Source: Octopus sinensis
Taxonomy: Eukaryota
Assembly (NCBI RefSeq): GCF_006345805.1
Contig: NC_042997.1
Coordinates: 200,260,001-200,324,000, forward strand
DNA length: 64,000 nucleotides
Reading direction: 5' to 3'
Numbering within the stretch: position 1 is the first letter of the stretch; every line of letters starts with the position of its first letter. The notes beneath the pieces were generated by a model. It saw only the letters and a list, made by a program, of their open reading frames with translations. It ran no database searches and was not told the DNA's origin. This document shows positions 11,843-25,390 of the stretch, one piece after another. The position numbers and the translations under genes were made by a program.

Positions 11843-12827
11843 GTGAGGTACCATGCGATCGAAAACTGATGTCTCTTTATAAAATTTATAACAAAACTGA
11901 ATGAATAAGATTGTATTAACATGGAGCGGAATTTACATAAAATATGTGAGGTACCCAGAAGTATGATCTTTTACAATTTAGTTATTTGGGGGCTTTTATA
12001 AAGACCCATTAAAAGGTTCTAGAAAGTTGAGTCAAGTGATAGCTCAATGTTGATTGATTGATTAATTGGCCGACCTCGTGAAATAATACTGATCTCAGCT
12101 TGCATTCGCACGGCTGCCCCACGATTCAGTGTTGAATCTGCTATGATTTTAAAGACTTAGAGCAGTGTTATATTTTAGATGTCTCCAAGACAACTTGTGT
12201 AGAGGTAAAACATATATCGCTCTGTGCATCGAAAACATAACTAGCAATATTAGGTTTTACAGGAAATAGTGAATCAAATTATTAACAATATCATTAAAAG
12301 CAAGCTTTAGACAAATGTTATTTTGATTTGAATACCTTGTCTGATAGAGCAAGATAGTAAATTCGACCATAGAATTTCTTTCTAATGTAATATTTACTGA
12401 TTTCTTGTCTTTGTTTTTATATCCGTACTTTCACGATTTCTCATAAAATATCAATAAACTCTGGCAAATGAATGCTATGAAAACGATCATAATAACTGGA
12501 GAAATACTAACTTTATTTATTAGTCATCATCAAGTACAAAAGAAATATCAGGAGGACATGAATTTGCTCCAAATCTAATTTTTCCTTGGCCAGGCAGTTT
12601 TATTACAAACTACGCAGAACTTTAAAATGATAATTAATGTCACAATATCTTTAACGGAACCTTTAGTCTCCAGAACGATTTTCTTTTTGTTTTGATCTAA
12701 CTATTGTAAGATAGTTTACAATAAATTGAATGAGACATTATGATATTTGAAAAATTTTAGTGTCTAACAAAAGTAATTCCAGAAAGGTAAGTTACTATAT
12801 ACACACACACACACACACACTTACATA

Positions 12828-13669
12828 CAAGGTGGGGCGGAGGAGACGGACGTTTTTGAAATGGCTATTACTCAGCCCCAGCGGGAGAACTATATATTTG
12901 ACAGGTATTATTAGGTCCAGTGGTTAGAGCAGCGGACTCGCGGTCGAGGGATCGCGGGTTCGAATCTCAGACCGGGCGATGTGTGTGTTTATGAGCGAAG
13001 CACCTAAGTTCCACGCGGCACCGGCAGAAGGTAATGGCGAACTTCTGCTGACTCTTTCGTCACAACTTTCTCTCACTCTTTCCTCCTGCATCCTGCAGCT
13101 CACCTGCGACGAACCGGCATCCCGTCCAGGTGGGGAACCTATACTCCAAGGAAACCGGGAAACCGGCCCTTATGAGCCAGGCATGGCTCGAGAAGGAACA
13201 AACACACCATTCGGTCTGTGTTGTCTTAACATTATTTCTTTCTTTTCAGGTGAAGCCGTGGTTCTGCGGACGATAGAGCACTGTGAGTCTGCCTATAACA
13301 CGCGGTTCAGCGTGAGGTTCGTTGCCACTTTAACATTCACTGAAATCAGGCTGTTCCCACCCGTAACACATTCTTACGTTGGGCGAATGCACTTCGTACA
13401 TTAGTGTACATTCACGAGGTACACTAATGAATAGGAGACCGGTGGGGGCGCCACCAACGGTACGGACCCCGGAAAATGTGGAATGCGTCAGGCAAGCTTT
13501 CAGAAATGCATCTATGAAAACGGACACTACGTGATGGATGTTGTTTTCTACATTTGATTTCGACAGATTCTAATTCAATACGAACACATTGATGACAATA
13601 AAATTTGTTTGCAGCTAAAATTAATGATCTTGTGAATTTTTCAAAAACGTCCGTCCTCTCTGTCCTCTG
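12828..13669 (+). mobile_element. Internally deleted Tc1/mariner-superfamily element with a SINE insertion
   Basis: TIR core GACGGACGTTTTTGAAA at both ends; TA at the left flank; N-terminal HTH-like remnant QREVRCHFNIH...RGTLMNRRPVGAPPTVRTPENVECVRQAF. Confidence 0.75.
12916..13203 (+). mobile_element. tRNA-derived SINE family F nested in the mariner
   Basis: A/B-box-like head (CAGTGGTTAGAGCAGCGGACT...GGTTCGAATCTC); second copy at 45498-45800. Confidence 0.85.
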
Positions 13670-13690
13670 TGTGTGTGTATATATATGAAC

Positions 13691-13743
<53 letters not shown>

Positions 13744-13989
13744 ATCATCAATCGATAATAGGGCCCCTGGAAAGGATCCTTATATATATATAGCCAAGGG
13801 AAATAACCCATTCATTTTCCTGAATCATTTGGTATAAATCAAATTGTGTATGCTTATTTCTTAGTATTTGAATAAATAGAGTAGTTTTTACTGTTTTGTT
13901 CTTACTGTCCTGTTTTTGTTACCACTTTAACCCTCCGCAAAAAATCCCAAATTTTATTTAATTTGCTTTGCGGGAGGGAGTGTTTTAAC

Positions 13990-14290
13990 GAAGTCGTGTC
14001 TTGTCCCTACTTTCGAACGCGGAGTAGATAAAACAGGGGACAACTGATGAAGGGAATGCTCTTTATGTTGCCTGTCTTGTTTCTCTATTTGTTTCTTTCA
14101 TTGTCTGAAAAAAGTTCGTTTTCTATGGGGGTTTTTTATGATCTCGTTTCTCATTTTGTTCACATTTTTTTACACTCTGTACCCATATATGCATGAATAT
14201 ATACATATATATGTAGGAATGTATATATGTATATATGCATATATTCATATATTATTATATGATCGAACACCATGCATCCATTTCCAAGTA
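13990..14290 (+). mobile_element. Unclassified interspersed repeat (CTGATGAAGGGAAT... family)
   Basis: Related copies at ~51720-52020 and ~63230-63510 (minus). Confidence 0.6.
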
Positions 14291-14293
14291 AGT

Positions 14294-14610
<317 letters not shown>

Positions 14611-15269
14611 ATAAAAATAGCTAGCTGGATGGATTGATATTGTAACTTGTTTAAAATATATGAAACAAAATCAGTTAAACAAAGTTAATACATCAAAGAA
14701 ATGTTGAAAACCATATAAAAACAATATTTTACCTAAATCCACTTATAATCTATTAATTCTGGTGGAAAAAATCCCTTTTAGAAAGAGAAATAAGATCAGG
14801 AAAGGGTTTTTGTGGATTTTATATCCTCAACATATTAAAGTGAGTTTGCACCACAAAGACCGGTCCTCTTCAGAACTAGGTAACACTTCAGGCTCCCAAC
14901 AATCATTTAATATCATACAAAACACAAGTGATATTCACCAACGAATATTTCCCTCAAATTGTGGCACAGTGCTGCTACAACATTTATAGATATTCCTGAC
15001 CATGCTATCAAACAACCATCTGACTAATTGAGGCAAAGCAATTCAGTAACACATCCTAACATCTCATCCTTCCTACAAAATCTGTCGTCTGAAAGAGATC
15101 ATGTGTTTGAACCATCAAGCGCTTTAAATGCATTTTTTGTTAAGCCACAATATCACATTTGTTTTCCACTTGTAGCTTCCTGATATACAACACAGTTAGT
15201 TATGCTCTAGATATCAAAGTGACCGAACATAGTATTTAACAATTTCTGTTATTTTCACTTTGGTTCACT

Positions 15270-15648
15270 CTTTTACTCTTTTACTTGTTTCAGTCATTTG
15301 ACTGTGGCCATGCTGGAGCACTGCCTTTAGTCAAGCAAATCAACCCCAGGACTTATTCTTTGTAAGCCCAGTACTTATTCTATCGGTCTCTTTTGCCGAA
15401 CCGCTAAGTTACGGGGACGTAAACACACTAGCATCGGTTGTCAAGCAATGCTAGGGGGACAAACACAGACACACAAACACACACACATATATATATACAT
15501 ACGACAGGCTTCTTTCAGTTTCCGCCTACCAAATCCACTCACAAGGCATTGGTCGGCCTGGGGCTATAGCAGAAGACACTTGCCCAAGATACCACGCAGT
15601 GGGACCGAACCCGGAACCATGTGGTTGGTTACCACACAGCCACTCCTG
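15270..15648 (-). mobile_element. SINE family C
   Basis: Matches other copies. Confidence 0.85.
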
Positions 15649-16264
15649 TTTGTTCTACTTCTGTGGTGTTAAATGGTGTTAAATGACTCTGTTACACAAC
15701 AGAATGACTTTTCTTGGAGAAATACTTGTAGAATAATCATTATAATTCAGGTTAGTATAGAATATTCCGATACAATATTGATATGAATACATCATTTGAT
15801 AACAGTTGAATATAAAAATTGTGGCCTCCAGCCATCTGATATATAACATTTGTTTTTGATATACAAGTAAGTATAGCTATCTAGACATTTTGAAAAGAGC
15901 CAATACAAGACTACTTAGGGAAATCATCACAGAATGAAGATTAAAACTAGCAGGTCACATTCTCTGGCTACCAGAACAATGCCATTCTAAAACACACGGA
16001 CACCACCAGAGGGCCAAAAAAGAAAAAAAAAGAGAGAAAGATAGAAAACTACAAAGTGGAGAACATTCTTAACTGACATGTGGGAGGCTGAAGTCACGTG
16101 GCCAGACATAGAGGAAACTACAACCAACAGAAATCAGTGGTGTCAGCTTTCTTCCCAATGTGCTTGAGGGCACAGGAGGAACTAAGTGAAATATCAAAGT
16201 ATTTCTAGTTGCATAGAGCTTTCGGTTTATAATCCTCCTCCTCTTCCTCCTCCTCCTCCTCCTC

Positions 16265-16527
16265 CTCATCATCATCATCATCATCACCATCGTTCAATGT
16301 CCACTGTCCATGCTGGCATGGGTTGGATGGTTTGGCAGGAGTTGGCCAGCCAGAAAGCTACATCAGGCTCCAACTGTCTGTTTTGGCTTGGTTTCTAGGG
16401 CTGGATGCCCTTTCTAATGCCAACCGTTTTACAGAGTGTGCAGAGTGCATTTTACATGGAACTGGCATGGGTGCTTTATATATGAAACCAGCAGGGGGAT
16501 TTATATGGGTTACTGGTGCCGTCCTTG

Positions 16528-16558
<31 letters not shown>

Positions 16559-16830
16559 TTAACGTCTGTTGTCCATGCTGGCATAGGATGGATAGATTGA
16601 TGGAGATGGCATGCTGGAAGGCTGCACCAGACTCCAGTCTGATTTGGCATGGCTTTCTACTGCTGGATGCCCTTCCTAATGCCAACCACTCTGAGAGTGT
16701 AATGGGTACTTTTACATGCCACCGGCACGGGTATCTGACATCAGTATCTGCTACAACAGTGATTTTGCTTGGTTTGATGGGTCTTCTTGTCAAGCACAGC
16801 ATAATGCCAAAGGTCTTGGTCATTGCTTCC
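16265..16830 (-). mobile_element. Two tandem 5'-truncated RTE 3' ends with (GAT)n tails
   Basis: (CAT)n tails at ~16266 and ~16528; the upstream part of the second reads EAMTK...AVLDKK, like the RTE C-terminus at ~60.2 kb. Confidence 0.75.
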
Positions 16831-17924
16831 ATGTGGCCCAACATATCTTTGGTAAAACATATTTGTAATCATGTCAACTTATTCATGTGTTTGAGGTTGT
16901 CAAGTAAACAAGAATTAGTTATATCGTTCCTTAGACTCAAGTCCTTCAGAAAGGGCAGACTTGGTTACCAAAGACTGTCCTTTCTGAAATATTTTCTGTC
17001 TCTGAAGAGGAAAGTTAAGTTTTGATTGGCAAATGTTGCTTTTATGAACATAGGGCTGCTAGGGGGGTGGGGTACCAATGAAATTAGGGTCTGGCATTTA
17101 TAGTTGTTTGGGGAGGATTTAATCACATTTTCCGAAAGAAAAGAATGTGAGGTAGAAAATTGCTTTCTGGATAAGTACAATCCCCCTTCTTTGTACTACT
17201 GAAAGGAGACAAAACTATTATAAACCATTGTGAAATATTTTCAAAATCATTCATCAGGGAGACATCTATGCATCCACATTATTGTTAGGTGATTGTAAAA
17301 TAAATATTAAAGTTTACCTCAGGCTGTGAGGCCCATTAGGCTTGAGTTTATCTTACTTTCCATGGCATTTAACCATTGTGGATGATGCTAGTGCTGCCTG
17401 GCTGGCACCTGTGCTGGTGGCACGTAAAAAGCACCATTCAAGCATGGCCGATGTCAGTGTTGCTTGGCACATAAAAAGTACCATTCAAGTGTGGTCAATA
17501 CCAGTGCCACCTAACTGGCTCCTGTGCCAGTGGCTCATAAAAATAACTGATTACACTTTCAGAGTGGTTGACATTAGGAAGGGCATCCAGCTGTAGAAAC
17601 TTTACCAGATCAGATTGGAGCCTGGTGCAGCCTCCTGGCTTGCCAGTCCTCAGTCAAACCGTCCCACCCATGCCAGCATGGAAAGCAGACATTAAACGAT
17701 GATGATCATGATGATTTCTAATGACATACGTTACCTTCATTTAAATTAATTTTGAAAATAATGAAGAATTTAGCAAAATAACTTAATAACAAAGCTAATG
17801 TGAACGGCCAGCTTCAGGCAACTCTTTTGTGAAGATAACACTTTGTGTGGAGCTTTAGTTAGTGTGGGAGACAATAAACTAAAGGGCTGCCACACTAGTT
17901 ATGTCACTGAACTAAGTCCTTGTC

Positions 17925-18137
17925 AACCTGGTATTTAGAATATAGATTAATTTGAAATTTTTATGAATGATTTTAATTTAGATTATTTTAAAACAGTGTA
18001 AAAGCAACATTTGCCAATTAAAAATTAGCCTTCCTCTTCAGAGACAGAAAATGAGTGCTCTTACACTGTTTTAAAATAATCTAAATTAAAATCATTCATA
18101 AAAATTTCAAATTAATCTATATTCCAAATACCAGGTT
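17925..18137. repeat. 77-bp near-perfect inverted repeat with 59-bp spacer (MITE/foldback-like)
   Basis: 17925-18001 versus 18061-18137, one mismatch seen. Confidence 0.9.
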
Positions 18138-19089
18138 TAAAGGGAGAAATTTGACAAGTCAGTCAGTCGCCTGCTGACACTCGTTGACATCGAAGAGGCC
18201 AGGGAACAGAAGAAAGAAGAAGAAAGAAGGCATGCACCCAACACCAGAGCTGAAGACACCTCTGAGAGGCGGGGTTCCGTCATGTCAAAGCAGTAGGGGA
18301 GACGTAGTTCCTCCTGATGATGCCTTGAGCTAACTGGATCCTATAAAGGAGCTGTTGTGGTAGCAGACCACGAAACACGGTTGAAATTCACCACTCTCAG
18401 AGTGGTTGGTATTAGGAATGGCATCCAGTCATAGAAACCATGCCAAATTAGACTGGAGTCTGGTGCAGCCTTCCAGCTCGCCAGCCCCGGTCAAACCGTC
18501 TAACCCATGCCAAATGATGATGATGATGATGAGAAGGTTGGATCCTAGAACCAGGACCAGTTCCAGGTGGCTGGGTATCAAAAGAGTTAAAAGACTGAAA
18601 GTTCAAGATTTCCCTTTAAATGAGATCCCATTCTATTGCACGATTAATCACAAATAGCTGATATAATCATTAGTGTTCATTTTCAGCTGAACGGTGTGAA
18701 GCAATGTGAAATGAAATGTCTTGCTCAAGAACACAACATGCTACCTCGTCTGAGATTTGAACCCAGCCACAGCTATTACTTTTGAGCCCAACCTTAACCT
18801 ACTACACCATATGTACCTTCACATGATATTAAGTTAAGCCTATCGACATATGTTACATTCTTTATATTACAAACCAGTAATTTCCCAAATGTTTGCAAGA
18901 ATTTATTCTTCATTTTATCGAAGACAGTCTGAGAAAGCAAGAAGAGCTGAGAAAGTTGATGAAGATGATATCTATGAAGCGAAAACTGGAAAATCAGAAT
19001 ATTCTTATTATAGTCATTTCTGATAATCAAATGAGAGAATTGGAAATAAATGCTTTCCCTCTTCATCAGAAAGAACACACAGCTATACC

Positions 19090-19405
19090 TACATACTTAA
19101 ACACATACAAAAACACTCACACATATATATACATACATATATATATAACATGCATATATATACACACATATATATACATACATACATATGTACATACATA
19201 CTTACATACATATGTACATACATACGTACATACATATATACATACATATATACATACATACATGCACACATACATACGTACATATATACATTCATGCATA
19301 CATACGTGCATACATACATATATACATACATTCATACGTACATACATACATATGTATATCTATATATAGATATATGTAGCTATAGATATACATATATAAG
19401 TACAG

Positions 19406-19448
<43 letters not shown>

Positions 19449-19509
19449 ATATATATAATATATATATGTGCATGTGTGTGTATATATATACGTATATGTG
19501 TATATATAT

Positions 19510-19592
<83 letters not shown>

Positions 19593-19640
19593 TATAATAT
19601 ATATATTATATATATATATATGTATATGTATATGTATATG
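19090..19640. repeat. Compound (TACA)n/(TA)n microsatellite
   Basis: Direct reading. Confidence 0.95.
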
Positions 19641-20352
19641 TGTTTGTGTTATATATCTATAAAACTATGTGAAACGATGGCGGAAGAAACGCATTTCATC
19701 ATTTCATTTAAAGCAGAGAAAATAGCAACTCTAATTATAAGGCGGTAATATCTATGGGAACGTATCATAGAACTGACCTATTTAGGTAAAGAAAGATTTC
19801 TGTCTTAGCTTGAAGGCTAATTTTGAAATGGGTGGAGGAAAACCTATAATCAATTGAATCGACAGCAGAATTCATTTTTATCAAAGAAACAGAGATAAAA
19901 AGGCTGAGTTGACAGCAATAAAAGGAATTAAAAAGCAGGAAGCAGAAAACAAGATACATATTGACATTTATAGAAATGATTAAAAATGTTAAACCCGTTG
20001 TTAAATTTGCCAATATATATATATTGAGAAACGAGATGAGAAACAGGAAACATTTAAACATTTCGTTTATTATTTTTGTAATAGTTTGAGATTTATTTAC
20101 ATAACGTTTGCAAATGCTAAGATCATTTTCTTTTGTCATTTCTTTCTTCTATTTATATATACATGTGCTTATATATATATTTATATGTATATATATATAT
20201 ATATATATACAAACATACATACATATATATATATACACACACATATATATACACATATATATACATATATACATACGGTCCAACCCATGCTAGCATGGAA
20301 AGCGGACGTTAAATGATGATGATGATATATATATATATACATATATATACAT

Positions 20353-20416
<64 letters not shown>

Positions 20417-20417
<1 letters not shown>

Positions 20418-21915
20418 TAGCAGAGATACCCGGCGTTGCCTGTGTTACAATTGAAGAATTAGACTTTTCTGTGATATTTTCTCTAATGAACTGGAATATC
20501 TATGTTTCGAATTTCATTAAAATTGCAGATGAGGGTTATTTCCCTCTTTACACACTCCCCAAAAATTGTAATCGTGCCACATGTACTTTTGTCATTCCTT
20601 TCTTCTATTTATGTATACACTAGCAGAATTGCCCGGCGTTGCTCGGGGCTGAATTGCTTGAAAGTACTGTTAATGATTGCACTGAATTATGATGATTATT
20701 CAGGCAAATATTGATATAAATTTACGGTGGGAGATAAGGACTTAACGATCAAACGTGTGCCATTGCATTGTTTTGGGGGAACCAAATTTCTAATGAGCAT
20801 TATAGGGGCACCAACTTTAAGTTTGAGAATGTGTGGTGGTAGTCCGGGGTGCTCAAAGGAATTGAGTACCTCTATTGGATAGTTGATGACGTCCTCTGGG
20901 TCAGGAGTTGTATCGATAGACTGATATACATAGACTTCCCCAGAAATGAGTTTTAGCATTTCATCATTAATATGGTGAACAGTTTTATTCCTCGGGGCCA
21001 GAATAGCCTTTTGGCCAATCCAATCCATATTCTGATAATTAGCTTGTAGATCTGGGAACACTGCATCTCTGAGATCAGAAGGCGTTTTAACAATGGTACA
21101 AATGGAATCGATGGCAATATTACCATTTTCATCCCTGGTATTTTGCCTTCACCAAGTGCAAGGAGGGTGTGAGAAAATGCTGCTGATGTGATATTACGTC
21201 GCATATGAGCACGCATATTGGTGTGAAGTTTGAGAGTCTTCACCAGTGGCCACAATGTGGATGACTTAAGACACGCACATACTGCATCAGTTCTAGTCCA
21301 TTTGGGAATAACAGGAAGTGTTTGTCGGAGGTCCCCTGAAAGAAGAAGTGTTATGCCTCCCATGGCAGCTGAAGAGTGTTTGATGTCTCTGAGAGATCTA
21401 TCTAGTGCCTCAAGAGCACCTCTGTGGGCCATCGTGCATTCATCCCAAACGATAAGCTTGCATCGTCTGAAGACTTCTGCCTGATCGGAGCTGTTACTGA
21501 TGTTGCAAGTTGGTGTCTCAGTCTTCGCTAAGTGAAGCGGAAGCTTGAAAGTGGAGTGAGCAGTCCTGCCGCCTGGCAACAAAGTAGCCGCAATTCCAGA
21601 TGATGCCACAGCTAGGGCAATGCCTTGTGTTCGCCTAATCTCAGCCAATATTAATTTGTTGAGAAAAGTTTTCCCAGTGCCCCCAGGAGCGTCCAGGAAA
21701 ATTATCCCCACAGCTTTGGCCCGGACTGAATTAACAACAGAGTTGTAAGCGAACTTCTGTTCTGGAAGGAGCTTTGGTTCATTGTCGGCTATGTACTCGG
21801 CAAGCTCGTCAACATGAAAACATGTCTCACGCAGCAAATGTGAAGACAGAGTGTTTGTGCCTTCCCGGTTTGTTGAAGGTAGGCCATAGACCGGCAAGGC
21901 ACTACCGCCCATATC
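20417..21915 (-). mobile_element. Helitron fragment encoding a frameshifted, truncated PIF1-family helicase, with two 3' termini
   Basis: ORF 20953-21912 has DAPGGTGKT (Walker A), WDECTM and GDLRQTLP; ORF 20696-21061 has AILAPRN...LKVGAPIMLIRNL...CNGTRL; hairpin plus CTAG 3' ends at 20620 and 20417. Confidence 0.92.
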
Positions 21916-22247
21916 AAGTACAGTATCTTCGAACGTAGTTTGTTACCACACAGCCACACCTGCCCCTATGTACGTGTGTGTGTGTGTGTACGTGTGTGTG
22001 TATGGATAGATATATTATGCATGTATATATATGTATATATATATATGTGTACATATTACATGTACATCTATATATATATATATATACATCTACACATAAA
22101 ATAAAAAATAGAAAGTTATATCTTGATATCGCTAGTGATAACAATACTCAAAATATATAACAGACTGGAATTGTAGGCCCGTCTCTTGCTATTTCGATCA
22201 ACTGTATCTTGTCCTCCCTCTTGTATAGAAGTGTACGGCTGCAGCGA

Positions 22248-22942
22248 AATTTTCGGTGAAAATTTTCAAAATATTTTTGGGCAAAATTTTCGAAGAATTT
22301 TTAGTGAAAATTTTTTAGTAAAATTTTCAGTGAAAATTTTTGAGTAAATTTTTTGCGTGAAAATTTTCGAAACATTTTTGGGTAAAATTTATGGTGAAAA
22401 TTTTCAAAAAATTTTTGGGCAAAATTTTCGAAGAATTTTTAGTGAAAATTTTTGGGTAAAAGTTTCGGTGAAAATTTTCGAAAATCATTTAGTGAAAATT
22501 TTTGGTGAAAATTTTTGGGTAAAATTTACGGTGAAAATTTTCAAAATATTCTTGGTGAAAATTTTTGGGTAAAATTTATGTTGAAAATTTTCAAAAAATT
22601 TTTGGGCAAAATTTTCGCAGAATTTTTAGTGAAAATTTTTTAGTAAAATTTTCGAAAAATTTTTGGTGAAAATTTCCGAAAAATTTTTGAGTAAAATTTT
22701 TGGGTGAAAATTTTCGAAAACTTTTTGGTGAAAATGTTTGGGTAAAATTTACGCTGAAAATTTTCTAAATATTTTTGGTGAAAATTTTTGGGTAACATTT
22801 ACGGTGAAAATTTTCGAAAAATTTTCGGGGAAAACTTTCGAAAAATTTTTGGGTAGAACTTTTGGGGAAAATTTTCGAAAGATTTTTGGGGAAAATTTTT
22901 GCCGAAAATTTTTCCCCAAAAATTTTTCGAAAATTTTCACCC
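22248..22942. repeat. Degenerate ~11-bp periodic GAAAATTTT(T) array
   Basis: Direct reading: GGTGAAAATTTTCGAAAAATTTTTGG-like units over ~700 bp. Confidence 0.9.
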
Positions 22943-23099
22943 ATTGGCCACGATCGGTTGGTGCTTTTTACGTGCCACCAGTCAAGGCGGCGCTGCAATC
23001 CGCCACGTTCGGATGGTGCTTTTTACGTGCTGAAAGGAAGCAACAGAAAGTAACAACCACATTCTTACCCGCGCGTAGAGCGGGTCACCTTCAGCTAGT

Positions 23100-23813
23100 C
23101 TCTATATATAAAACTGAAATGCGTTTTTACCGCTTGGATCGCTTTCAAGGCCACTACATCCCGTCCAATTCGCTCCAAAATTTACAGGGACATGTAAAAT
23201 GAGGTGACGAAGCCCGTGGGCTACCTTAGAAATCCCTATCTTAAAAGGTGTCGTTGCTAGGGGCCAAAAACCCACTTTGACATGTCCACTTCGTTCTTTT
23301 ACGTATATGTCTTCCTCACTCACTCACACTATTTCCTCCATTCCCCTCTAACTCCCTTTCACTTTCCCTTTATAAGTTCGTCAGACGGCGTTCTTTTATG
23401 TATCTGTCTGCATTCATATAGAGAATTATCATCGCCACCACCAACACACGAGCATGAGAACAAATATTATGAATCAGATATTTATTGCGTTCATTTATAT
23501 ATGTGTGTGTGTGTGTTCGATATATAAATAAGTATATATAATGTGTATATATCTGTATTTATGTATATTAAACATTTTAATAATTTTTGATAGTTATATA
23601 TATTTTTAAACAAATTATAAATATAATTTAATAATTTTTATTCTAAATTTAAATAATTTAAATTTTTCAATTTTATATTTTATATATTTTCTATATTATA
23701 TTTTTATTTTTATGTTTTTGTTTTTGGTTTTTTACTGTTTCATTTGCCTATTAGTTGTTTTATCGCTAATTTAATTTATACATATATATATATAATTTGT
23801 ATATATAATGCGT

Positions 23814-23892
<79 letters not shown>

Positions 23893-25072
23893 GTACGCAT
23901 TATGTGGTCGGTCGATTCAGCTGAAAATATGCACACCTATGTTAAAAGTGCTGGCAAGTTTGCATGACAACTATTTTTTTTCCTCAAATGAAAGGCGTGA
24001 TCTCTAGGACAAAATTCCTCATCTTATAAAATGTGGCCCCAGTAGACGCGAATGAAATCGGGTTATATTAATCAAAATGTGAAAAGGGGTCTAAATGGGG
24101 CTGGAAGGGGAGTAAAATTTAAAGGATCGGGTGTTTAGGAATTCTCTGTTACATCAAGCTAAAAAATTTGCGCCAGCCTTTTAATCGTCAATGTGTTGCC
24201 GTCCATGATAAAGACGTTTTGAATGCTTGCCATGGTGAGTCTACTGTCGTGAGAAAGAATCACTTCAAAACTTGGTGTTTACGAATTTTCTTTTACATCA
24301 AGTTCAAAATTTTACGCCAGCCGTTAAACTGTCAATACGTTGCTGTCTGTCGTTAAAAAATGCCAGCCATGGTGACTCTACTATCCTCAGATTCTATCCC
24401 TTCAAACTTTGGTTTCCAATATTTTATTATTTTTATTCAGCTCGCAAGTTCGTCTGTCCCTTTTAAATGTTAGCGTTTTGCTGTCTGCCTTGAAGCAGAC
24501 CTTTCCGTTGCCACTGCCTGATATTTATGATTGATCTTTCTAAATATTTTATTTCTCAACTTACTCAAGATCTTTTGTTGTTTATAAATGGGAGAGAGAT
24601 AGATAAAGATAGAGAGTAAGAGAAAGCGAGGGAGAGTCCGAGAGAAAAGAAAAGTAAGAGAGTAGGAAAGTGAGAGAGAAACAAAGAGGGGGAATCATCA
24701 TCATCATCATCGTTTAACGTCCGTTTTCCGTGCTAGCACGGGTTGGACAGTTTGACCGGGGTCTGGGAAGCCAGGAGGCTGCACCAGGCTCCAGTCTGAT
24801 CTGGCAGTGTTTCTACAGGTGGATGACCTTCCTAATGACAACCACTCTGTGAGTGTAGTGGGTGCTTTTTTCGTGCCGCCGGCACAGGTGCCAGGGGGGG
24901 CTGGCAGCGGCAACGATCGGTTGGTGCTTTTTACGTGCCACTGGCACAGAAGCCAGTCAAGGCGGCGCTGCAATCGGCCACGTTCGGATGGTGCTTATTA
25001 CGTACTGAAAGGAAGCAACAGAAAGTAACAACCACACTCTTACCCGCGCGTAGAGCGGGTCACCTTCAGCTA
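23100..25072 (+). mobile_element. Non-autonomous Helitron, directly abutting an identical upstream Helitron 3' end
   Basis: Begins (C)TCTATATATAAAAC right after CTAGT at ~23099; ends ACCCGC-GCGTAGA-GCGGGT hairpin + CACCTTCAGCTAG/T. Confidence 0.75.
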
Positions 25073-25113
<41 letters not shown>

Positions 25114-25131
25114 CATACATACGTACATATG

Positions 25132-25162
<31 letters not shown>

Positions 25163-25242
25163 GTACATTCATACATACATACATACATATGTACATGCAT
25201 ACATGCATACATATGTACATACATACATACACCTTCAGCTAG

Positions 25243-25281
<39 letters not shown>

Positions 25282-25390
25282 CATACATACATACATACAT
25301 ACATACATACATACATACATGCATACATATGTACATACATACATACATATGTACATACATACATACATACATATGTACATACATACATAA

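Noticed and set aside
13990-14065. GTC-stem(TTGTCCCT/AGGGGACAA)-CTGATGA, resembling a permuted (type II/III) hammerhead; related at ~51880 and ~63485
   Set aside because: Stem I geometry fits, but no GAAA with closing stems II/III can be built in any copy here; needs a genome consensus
16516-17025. 169-aa plus-strand ORF
   Set aside because: Mostly antisense to an RTE 3' fragment plus a (CAT)n tract
18314-18385. CTGATGA ... GAAACACGGTT hammerhead-like motif
   Set aside because: Stem II does not close on the core and stem I has no partner
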